Positions 12,501 through 24,500 of a stretch of 64,000 nt of DNA are shown here, piece by piece (the stretch's first letter is position 1; each line of letters starts with the position of its first letter). Below the pieces are notes generated by a model. It was not told the origin of the DNA and made no database searches. It was given only the letters and a program-made list of their open reading frames with translations. This DNA comes from Botryllus schlosseri (taxonomy: Eukaryota), in assembly GCA_051294905.1 (NCBI GenBank), contig CM119372.1, positions 3,102,001 to 3,166,000 on the forward strand, read 5' to 3'. Both the position numbers and the translations under genes were made by a program.

Positions 12501-15500
12501 ATGATTTATCATACCCTATTTCACTCTCATCTAACTTATGGTATCATTCTCTGGGGATCTACATGGGAGAAACATTTGGATCGAGTTAGGAGCCTGCAAA
12601 ATAAAGCCATCAAACTAATATGGCTTGCCAATCGTAGAGATCACGTTAACCCTTTATATTATAATTTAAAAATCCTGAAAATTGATGATATTTACAGATT
12701 TGAAGTCGGCATTCTGATGCATAAGTTCTACAATAACACCCTACCTGACATTTTCTCGAACTACTTTACACCTATCAGTGAACATCATTCTCACTTTACA
12801 AGAGGTTCTGTTATGAATCTGTATTTACCTAAGGCCCATCACAAAACCATTGCCTATCACGGTCCTCTAATATGGAACTCCACTCCTTCGCATATTAGTA
12901 GCAATACTTTATATGTATTTAAAACCATGTATCGTGCCTTCCTTATTGAATCATACAAAAGCTAAAATGTATGTTTAGTGTGAACTAGTACCGGTCAACA
13001 TATCTTGTTTGCTTCAGACCAGTAGGCCTACACTTAATATTCTTTCCTCCGTTTTCCCTAAAATGTGCTATTACATTTATCCTGTCAATCTTACAATTCA
13101 CTGTTGCAGTACGATGTATGCAATTTATAGCCAATCTACTTCGATCAGCTGCAGTAGACTCGATGATAAACAGATCACTTCGCTGCAGCTTCATCTTGCA
13201 ATCGTAAAACATATTGGCCAATCTTATGAATCGTATTCGTACACATCTCATTTGCTTTGAAATTGACACTGTAACCATTTTTTTTATGTGTCCGTGATTC
13301 TGAAGTTTATGCTATTTTATGGCCTGTTTTGTTATTTTGCGATGATGAATAAAAAATTCTCTCTCTCTCCCTCTCTCTCTAACAATGATGAATACGGCTC
13401 TTCCATTGGTATTGTAAAGGCTCGCAATAACTGCGCAGCCCAGTGGCGAGATAGCGCAGTGGTATAATCCGCGGCTGCAACACCAATGGGTGCGGGTTCG
13501 ACTCCAGCCGACGTCGACTTCCGAATTGCGATACCTAAGTGTTGGAAGTTTACCTAGGCTCCTCCTCGCCACCTCATCCGCGTCAGCGGCGTCTTACAAA
13601 AGCCTAGAGGTGGGCCGTGCTATAATAGTCGGCAGTTACGGAAAATAAGAAGAATATCGGTCTGATGTAAATGACCATAGTAGTCGACAAACACCTTTAA
13701 TACCCCAAAAACAAACAAACTGCACAGCCTGCACAGTTGACCAAGATAATGTAGTTGGGCGATCATTGCAAAAGAAAAAGTATGAGCGGTAAATTATGAG
13801 GTATCTGTCAAGATTCGCTCAATAATTACAAAGCTAGTAACTTGAAACCTCATTACAATACCGAACACGAAAAATTTGTCACGGGTTACCCAACGACGAC
13901 AGATTTGCAGAGTAATACGATTACCGAGCTGAAATATTCCGCAGCCCTTGAAGCTGCTTCCCGCTGCTTCGACGTCATATCAGCCTGATTTCAAACATCC
14001 TGTGTCCCAATTGCGAACGCACCGCCCTTCGTATTTTTGATATGAGGCACTCGCATGAAGCAGGTCTACCCACCCCTGCTATATAGCGAAGTCAACTAAG
14101 ACCATTAACTTGATTGTGATTGCTTCATTATTTTGAAAGAAATGCGACTTTGCTGTTTGCCATAACAGCCTCTATTATAATACCTAGTGTCGCTAATTGT
14201 ACTGTCGGAATCAAATGAAGTTTTTTGTAAAACTCCCCGTAGATTTTACATATAGTTCGAGCAACACTTGCAGCATTGTGACTCAAAGACGACGGTCTAT
14301 TACGAAACTTCGCAAAAAATATGTTCCAGACTTCGAAACCAACTTACAATCCAATGCTTTATTACTCTAATTAATGACCAAGCCTCCAAATTCATGCATT
14401 TCGGAATTGAACTTGAAATTTCTAGTGTATTTGGCAGACAGTCAGGAAACTTGGCATGTACCGGCGGCAATAGCTTCATGTCTATTTTTCCCAGGTTGGC
14501 AAACTTGGATTCATTCTGTGACGCATAAAATTTGTCAATATTTTCAGAATAAAATTTCACTTTTAGGGTATAGAAACTTTCTGCGGGCCGGTCGAAATCC
14601 CTTTGCGGGCCGTATGTTCCCCGTGCCTGATCTAAATAATCAACATTAGTAAACAAGACCTCTTTAATAATTAGCACAAGTCAACAAAAACTGTTGTCCA
14701 AAAAGTAGATGTAGCCTGGGGGTGGGGTCCGAGGACATATGCAATGAGCATGCGACACTTCGGTATGCGAAAATTGAGCGACAGATGTGCATGTAGATTA
14801 GCTCGACACGGGCCATCACAAAACGTTCTTGTATGCACGTGTGCCAAGACTACTTTACATTTTTCAAAATCCAAATTGTAGTTTTGCAGATGAACTGTGA
14901 GAGCATAAGTTGAAATATTCTGAAAACAACGCCAGTCAGCGGTGCTAGCGTAGTGCTCCGAAAGAATATAACTATGTACTTTGCTACTGACCAACGCTGA
15001 CTATATACAGTATACACTGTAGTTGATAAGTTATTTTTTCGTTACAAACTATACATTCTTTGCGAAAAAAGTGTGTAATAAAAGTTTACTACCCGTTTAC
15101 CACCCCTGATATACGGGTGCAAATATACATCAATGGCTCACGAAACCTGAACCTACCGCAGACTTATATCGTGGTATAAATCGAGCAAGGAATTTTAATC
15201 CAAATCACTCATGCAGGTAGGAGCGTAGGAAGGTATATGCACGTACGGGTAAGAACGTAGGACTAATGACATCGATATAATTGTGAGTTAGGTACTGTTT
15301 TTCGAGTACGATCCTTTTCGCTCAGAGTGCAGTTACATGAACTGAACCTGTGTCCTAATCGCATTACGTCTGTGCGCGATCGTTGACCCGATTTACCTGC
15401 AGGTTTTTAACGACGAGTTCAAGAAGTATCCGGCAATCAACGTCGGTGGAATGATAACGGAGTTAGTCACACAAATGGGCGGCACCGTCCCGAACGAATT

Positions 15501-18500
15501 ACGGCCGATGTTGACAAGTTTACAGGTAGTGCGTAAGTTCGTTCAAGTTTGGTTTGTCAGCTTCTCGCTCTTGGCCAGACTTAGAACAACTAGGATCATC
15601 CCCAACTAGATTTACGATGAAATGAAGTGTCGTCTAAAACCCGCAATTCTGGGTCTACCGAGACTTGAACAATTAAAAACTTCTGTAATTGAACAATTAG
15701 ACTACGTTCAACGAAATGCCAGTAATTTATTTCTAATCTAATTAGTGAAGTGTTTCTATAGTGGAATATTAATTATAGTCTAATTTCTGTTTCTTTCTGA
15801 AAAAAAATATCTCGGCTATCCCGCTCCCTATTGGAGAGCTGCACAACTGCGAAAAAAGCCGAGGTTGATGTACGCAGTCATTCGCAATTCTCATGCTTGT
15901 ATTAGAATGAAATCTGCTTTGAAGTAATGAACGTGATTGGTTTTTGTTGCATCTCTTACAAAAATGAATTTAATTCCACTTCAATTCCAAGTTTTTGCGA
16001 ATTGAGCAATTGTAATTCTAATTTGAAAAACAAAATTATGCTATAAATCTAATTTGAATCTAATTTGGAATAGCTAGGAATTTTCTATAGTTGTCCTTGT
16101 TGTTTGTTTGTGTTAGTCTTGGTGTTTGTCGACTGCTATGGTCATTTACACCAGGCCTATATTCTTCATTTGTATTCCGTACCTGCCGACTTATAATGGC
16201 GAGATAGCGTAGTGGTATAATCCACACCAGACGTGGACAGCTAGATAATTTTAGTTGTCTAATTTCACTAAATTAGAGCAAAATGCAAATAATCTAACTC
16301 CAATCTACTTTGGAAAAGCTGGAAAATATTCTTGTTGTCCACGTCTGATCCACGCGCACAGCTGCAACACCAATGGGTTGCGGGTTCGAGTCCGACCGTG
16401 GTCGACACCAGAATTCCTACATAAGTGTTGTAGGTTTATCTAGGCTCCTCCTCGTCATCTCATCCGCGTAAGCGGTGTCTTACAAAAAGCCAAGAAGTAC
16501 GCCGTGCTGCAAGTCGGCAGTTACGGAATAGAAATGAAGAATATCGGCCTGGTGGAAATGGCCACAGTAACCGACGAACACCATGAATACCACAAACAAA
16601 CAGAATTATGGCACGACCCTGTTGTAGGCTTTTATAAGACACCGCCTAGCTGACCTACTTTGCTTGCCAGCCCCTCGTCAGCATGCTGATTTCGGATGCG
16701 AATACAAGAGCGCTGAACGGAACCGATGTCATCAACGCTTGCTACGAAGTGATCTCGAGTTACAAAACAACTTACCCGGAGTCGCCGTTTCCAGACCTCG
16801 TAAAACGCTATATTGACGTCGTTTACCAGATGGCGACTTTTACTGTGTACATGTTCCCTGTGAATTACACTTATCCCGGCGGATACGTATACCGCAGCTA
16901 CAACTACACAAAAGCAGGGGAAGAATACCGAAAATTGGAATTTCAACTGATATACTGGATAATCGATATGAATTTCGCTGTCCTCAAGTACGTGCCATTT
17001 GTGATTATGCACTAGAACAGAGGTGGCCAAGGTAGTGTTCGTTGATAGGATTGGATGAAGTCGAGTACCTGAGTGATTCGATTCGATTCGAATCGAGTAT
17101 TAAGGTTCGAATCGCGTCTAGCAAGTAGCATTCCAGTATCACTCATTATGCCGTCGAGAGAGTAAGTAGTCATTGGGGATGGGGTGAACGTGGGGATCAC
17201 GTTCGCGTTCCGTGTGTGAAACTCGTAAATTTTGAGGCTGACGTTCACAAACGAACATCGGTAAGTTCTGCACTGTGAACCTTTTCGTACATTGCAATTT
17301 TAACGTTATTATAGCATCTTTGGTTAAAATTTATTGCATTTCAACTGCGGGCCACTTTATATGCATGGCGCTAGCAGCATAGAAAAATCAACACTAAACA
17401 TACATGCACCTTGGCAATCTCGGGAATTTGACCTGCTTTGTTACAAAAGTTTGCTCAAAATATCCAGCTCTCTGTTCGTGCATATTTGGTGACTCTCTGC
17501 TGTGAGCTTGGCCCGCAATCACGCTACAGCAATAGCGAAATGCGCTACATGTAGGTAGTCAGCGAATGATGCTTATTCAACCAATCAATGAAATTGATAT
17601 CGTTGTCTGATTTTCAAAAAAATAGCAGGCGTACAGAGTAGAGGTCGACCGATATTGATTTTCGCAGGCCGATACCGATTATCGACACACTCACAAGGCC
17701 GATAACTGACATCATATGCCGATATTAATATGGAAGGAGCAGAGAACCATTTCGCCAAAACTATGTTATATTAGGCAAAATGGCACTTGTAGGCCTACAT
17801 GCCACAGAAAGCTAAACAGCAAACGAGAAAATTGAAATTAAAAAGAATAATTGCTTAATTGTGCACATTCATTGAAATTTGGGATAAACCAAATTCCAGA
17901 ACAGGTCAGTAGAGGTAAATTGTAATGCAGGAAGCATAGTTTGTCTGCATGCTCATCCCTACAATGGTACATAACTACATATGTCACGCATTGCCCTTTG
18001 TGTCGTCGATTTCTTGAGATTGAACACACGGAGCATTAAATTCTCAATATTTTTGATTTTTTTATATATAAAATATCGGCCGCGATATCGGGCTTCAGAA
18101 GCCGATATCGATAATCGGCATAGTTCCAAATATTGGCCTCGATAATCGGCCAGGTCGATAATCGGTCGACCTCTAGTACAGAGTCAAACTACATGACGGT
18201 ATGTTTATTGTACCATAAAAACCCAATACGTGCGATTGGGGTGTTGGCTACTGCTGTATAAATTGTTAATGGGGTAATATCGGTAGCAAGTATAGAAACC
18301 CGTTTTATACTCTGCTCAATAATAACGTAGCAATACTCAGACGCAGAATAGATTGTCCGGTCTGGCCTAGACCGTTAAGGCGTAACCTTATATTCCCTTG
18401 CAAGTCCTCGTCGAAATTTTTAGCAAAGCGATAAAAGATATTGATTTTATGGGTTTGTTATAGCATTTGATTTCCCCAGTTGATACATTTGGCGACGGTT

Positions 18501-21500
18501 GAAACGTCAATATCTACTTAAGCATTGCGGCATTATGGGACCCGATTCGTAGCTAGGTATCGTGAACCTCAGTATATGGGCTATCACTGCATTGGACTTC
18601 ACGAGGATTTACATTACATTCTCGTTGATAAATTAACTCACATTGCAAGGGGGTGTCGAGTAGCGGTACCTCTCAGCGCAGTTGACCGGTAGTCCCCACT
18701 CTCGAAATTACAAGTTGCATCATCGCGACCAACGCAACCAAAACCTAATGTCTACATTTCAAAATCACAACGCGTGAAGTAACTACTGGATTCTTCATAT
18801 GCCATGCCACCTCATTTTGTCGCTTGACTTTTATATATTATCTACTTTACTTTTCATTCAGTGTGCATTCCGCTTCTCCACTTCGCCTAGGCCAAGGTGG
18901 GTGTCTGATTTCAAAGACTACTCCATGTCGTTTCGACACCTTCCTATCTTTTCATTCTATCGCAGTTTTGTGGTGTTTGAAATGATGAAAATATTAATAA
19001 CCTGATACGGATAATGATGTAGGAATCATTCAAACATGACATACATCCAATCCTTTATAATTAAAATGTAGATAAACAATCGAAGTGTAGCTCTTGTGTA
19101 TGAGTCAGCAACTAATACAGAGATGTATCTTACTAACCTTCTCATTACACACTATACTTATTACAAGCACACACACTCTCCCTACCACGGCCACAGCAGC
19201 ACTTCGTCACCTCCCCCCAAAAAATGTTGGTCTTGGGCCCCCATAGAGTGATAAACCCATACCCCCCTCAGGCTATACGCTGTTTACCGCTACTTATCAG
19301 CTACGTTGGGTGTCCGTATCGTGACTGAATATAATTCATGACTTAATCGACCTATATGATCGGGAATTGCATATAAATTGCTATCAATCTTTATCCTCTC
19401 TCTGCTTACGTAATTTGATATACCGATAGAGATGAGTGAGGTGTGTTTGAAAAGGTGTAGGACCCCTCAACAATAATTAAAGATCTCCGGGTGTATACCC
19501 GTTTGCAGGAACGAAACGGCACTTCGTCAGCCCCGCTCCCTCCCAAAAAAAAGAGTCTTGCGGGCTGCTGATAAAACGACCCCCCATCACGTTGCTCGCC
19601 TTTGCCACGAAATTAAAAACGTACCGCTTAGTTTGCCATCGCGAAGCGCGAAAATTTTCGATAATTCATGAGAAAATCGGTCAATAAGATCGGGAATTGC
19701 ATAAATAATATATCAATTTCTTGTCTTCTCTGCTCACGTAATCAGGTTTACCGGTAGAGCTGAGTGAGGTGTCTTAAAACTGTAGAGCCCGTAAATAATA
19801 ATTAAACACCTTCGGGCGGGCGGACCCGTTGGTTTGACTTCGTTACATGATGTTATTTCGTGACCTCCTGTCTGCTTTATCAAAAAAATATAGAATCGCC
19901 CAAACGTATACTAAACTAAAAGATCACACGATTTCAAATTGGTATTTCTTCACTGGCATATAACTTTTCCATGCGGGATGGTATTTGTCTTGTGAAGTTC
20001 AGATTGCCACGACAGGAACATTTGGCGCCAGTCATTTAGGCGCTTATGGACAATTTAGGCGTCTATGGACCATTTAACCTATATGAATTTTGTATATATA
20101 ACGAAGTTTTCGGTCAGCATAAGGGCAGTTCTTTTCGGTTAAGGCTTTCTCGCTGGCGATCGTACTGACACACTTCTTGGAGTCGCATGTTACATGGCCT
20201 AAAACTTTATATGTCTTGGTGAATCGTGGCGCGGTAATGGCCAACGCTGATATGCCTATTTCTATAAATCATGCGTATCGTTGCATAAAGTTGCATAAAT
20301 ATTCAAAAAATACTCTATAATTTATGCTAATTCACGAAATAATTTTCGGCCCCGTCGAGCTCGCCCCCCCTAATTTGGGGGTGGGGGTGGGGGTGGGGGG
20401 TGGAGTGCGGCAGTTACGGCCCTGCTCACTACTAATAAACATTGGTCAGAAACGAAATTTTATAGGAAGTAGAGTCAAATAGCATATGTCTAGTCTACAT
20501 GCACTTAGTCAAGTAGCCTATTCACGGACTATAGGACTTGCTGTCTTTCTTAATCATTTGTTCGAGCATAGCTGAGCTACGCACTACAAATATTTGTAAT
20601 GTTGTCAAGTGAAAAGCAGCGTTTGGTTGTATTTACATCAATTTTACAAAACCTGATGATGTACAGTATTTAGTCTGTCACAGTATCATGATATAATTTC
20701 AAAAATTGCATCAATTTGTGAGTGCTTCGCGAATGCACATTGCGATTTTCTTCCTCTACGCAACTGAATTGCAATTTGTAAATAATGTCCAATTTTATCC
20801 ATATTGTTACTAAAACCAGTGATTGACGGTACATGAAATACTATTCTACTTATTATTAATATTTAAAGATACCTTTGGAATATTATATTACAATTACTAC
20901 CCGATTTAGCCGACGTACATCGATATGAGATGGTTGGAACCCTCAAAATAGTCTGTTCAACAGTTATACTACAGATATTTCGTCAAAGCAACTATATTTA
21001 CCCTATATATTTTCAAATGTCAATGTCAATCCACTATGACGTCCCAAATTAATATTCGTGACGCCATGGCTTAAAAAAACATGTTTTAAACAAGGGCCTT
21101 GTTTCATACATGTTTGCTTTAAATTGCTTTTTGTTTTAAATGCAACCCTAATGTATAGTAATTTTAGGCATTTAGGTTCCAGTCAATATCGTGCCACGAC
21201 ACACCAAAAGACATGCAGTTTCGTCCAACATGCGACTTAACGAAGTCCATTGCCAATAGCCGCGCTGGGTGGGCGTGAGTAATAGTCCGATCCGTTTGTC
21301 GTCTGTCGACTTCGTTTGGACTTGGGGACGAATTGCTGTTTTGGTACTGATTCTAGCTACAACCCACGCTAACATGGTATATAAGCCCATAGCTATGGCG
21401 GCGGGGCCCAATGTTGAGAGTAAGAATTGTGGAATAACGATTGGCGCCCGTTTCAAGTAGAGTCATATGAGAATAAGATGCGGAGAACATAAAATTCTGT

Positions 21501-24500
21501 CTTCAACTTGTTGCAGATAATGTACTGCAATCTGCCGTTACGAGAAACGAAAAAAACCTGCTCGGTTATGATATATATCAGCAGCTGATGATTTTTAATG
21601 CTTCGTTGTGGCAACCGTTATGATTTATTTGACGAGTACAAAATTTCAAATTTTTGTCCGATGTACGTGCGTACTGCATGGCCTACTGCTCGCCAAGCAG
21701 CAACGGTCAAACTGCGTTTAACTATGCATAGCCAAACATCAATACGCAAGTTACTATTTTAAACTAGGCAGAGTGGTGATTAATTATCCTGCTGCGAGGT
21801 ATAGTGGTGTGTGGAAGGTGCTGATAACCTGATAAACATCACGGTGGGTGTTCTGACAATCACACTAATGTACGTACAGTCGTACATCGAATATCTATTT
21901 ACTGTGGATACTTCTTACGCAATGACGAGCAAAGCTAATAGGCTACTTCTGACGTAATAATCAGCGGTGGCGTTTGAAAATCAGAGGATTGTGCTATCAC
22001 GAAACTGGTATCCTTGTTCAATGTTCATGGATGTTCATCGTTCAGTTTATGTCATAGTCCTTGTACAAATAACAAGTAATCGTTCTTTCACAGAGAAATC
22101 GATTAGATATTGAAAGTAGTCGATTACGATTACGATTACTTCGGAATTTTTTCGAATGTAATCGATTGCGATTACGATTACTTGAAAATGCTGTAATCGT
22201 CGTAATCGATTACGATTACTAATCGCGATTACCCCATGTCTGCTTGACATATATTAAATAGAAGCCTGAAGCATTTAGAAATGTTTTGTAGCCTACCTGA
22301 AATAGCTTCGCAATCCCCCGGTTGGGATGCACTGGGCTACTTGTCATCTCTTTTGGCTGAATATATAGGGGTTATCGGTTAACGTGCTATCGTTAACGGT
22401 TACATCGGTGTCGACTCAGAAATCCGATATGGTTCGGGCTCTAGTCACTAATATACTCCAAACCTCGCCATTACAGAGCGTTCGACTACAGTTCCAACGA
22501 ACTATATCAGATGTTGATCAAGGCGTGGCCGGACTACGACCTCTACATCCGCATCCTGAAATCCCTGGATCCCGAAGACGTGAAGCAGTTAATCAAGGAC
22601 ATCGTGACGTGGGCAGCATCATCTCCACCCCATACTATTCAGGGATTTCTCAGTGTCACAGAACCTGTTTTCCGTAACGTAACAAGCTCCATTAAAAGTC
22701 TGTGGTCGGAAGCGAGGCAGATCTACGCCCCGAAGTAAGAGTAGCGCGCGTTTAACGAGGCACTGCGCTCTAAATGTGGCGTGGTCTCAAATTAAAGATA
22801 GAAATACCAATAATGTTTTAAATTCAAATTGTAGGTAAAACATTTGCACGAGTGTTACTTTCCACTCTGGATTGTCTCTGGGCTGTCGAGGTAACGCGTC
22901 ATCGCTTCATAACAGACTTGCTCAACTGGAAAATTTCCAACTTTTTCAAATTAGATTAGAAATAGAACTATAGCTAAACGTTTTTTTTCGAATCACACTG
23001 TTAAAAATATTCTATGCCAAATTACTGGTCTGGTCCTGGCAGCAGTTTTACGACTCTGAGACCGGTAAATTTGAAAAATATTTTCCCGTAAATATTATTG
23101 ACCGTAATTTATTTTTACAAAGACTGACTGTTAAAATTTTTACAGAAAATTCCCTTTACCTGATGTAACGGAAAACGGCTGTAATACCAAGTTACTGGTT
23201 TGGTCCAGTGCAGCAGTTTTACGCTGATGAGACCAGTAAATTCGAAATAACTCTCCCCGTAATATCATTTTACATATGCTGACCGTAGGAAATTTTACAG
23301 AAAATTTCCGTAACTAAAGGTAACAGAAATCTGCTGTAATATCAATATATTCGTCTGGTCCCTTGCAGCAGTTTTACGTTCTTGAGACCAGTAAATTTGA
23401 ATCAGGTTTATTTGGTGCGGGAACACATAAAAAAAAGTAAGTGTGGATAATGACGAAAATTCAGTCTTTCTTGTGGAGATCATCAGTCAGCAACTGCCTG
23501 AATGAAGACGGCTTCATCAAAACTTCAGCAGCAGTTGAATGACTGTACTTTGGGCCATGCTCTTTTGTAGGTTCTTCTATAATCTGAACAAAGATTATGC
23601 TGTCATCAACACAGTTTCAATTTGGAAACTTTGAGACGCTATAGTATGACATACTGCGACTTTTCATATTCTTGTCAATTTCTCGAATAATGATGGCCTA
23701 GGATAGCGGTGTCGAACATAAGGCCAGCAGGCCGCATGCGGCCTGCGAAGCAATTCTTAGTAGTTTGAAAAACCCCTGTATTACCCAGCACATTTTCTAA
23801 CAAATGTTGAGATATTATTGTAAGAAATGACTAACCGCAAGGCCACAAATGTCAAGATCATAGACCGTGATATAATTATCCGACAGTGGTGTTATGGTTT
23901 TACTCTAGTCATCATCCGGAACAAGTTGCTGATACCGACATCCAATTCCCAAAACTCCAAAAAGTGCACACTGAGTTCATATTTTTATGAAGAAATGAGC
24001 CAAAAAGTAGTTATTCGTGAAGTGAAAAAAAACTGTTATATGGAGGTCGCATGGAGAATATAATAGTTATAAAAATACAATTCAAATATATTTGGTCGCA
24101 CTGCTGTATCACTTTTACTCAAAGGCCCCAGACAGACAGAGAAACCCGAATGACGATTAATAATGAGCCAAATTCTAAGGTTGCCAGTAAACTCGCCCCA
24201 AAGTAAATTCGGCCCAGGCAAATTCGGCCATTACATCAGTAAATTCGGCCCGCCGAGAATATTGTATTAAAATGTATTACCAACCGTTAACATGAATTAA
24301 TTACATAATTATACTATTATTAAGTGATTTGGATGTCAGGGTATGCGTAGATCGCGTAATCACGGGCGATAGCGCGGATATTCACGGGGACCGAATTTAC
24401 CGACGGCCGAATTCACTGGTTACTCGGTCAATTCTGCCCTCGGAGAATTTTTTATAAAAATGTATTGCCAACTATTAATGTGAATTAATTTCATAATTAT

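Noticed and set aside
13445..13520. Functional tRNA-Cys gene
   Set aside because: Acceptor and anticodon stems do not pair properly, and it continues into a repeated body with a (CAAA)n tail, so it is a SINE head.
22511..22738. Exon 7 as the terminal exon (likewise 48186-48422 and 61400-61627)
   Set aside because: The TAA lies within GTAAG donors, and a phase-matched conserved exon 8 follows in all three genes.
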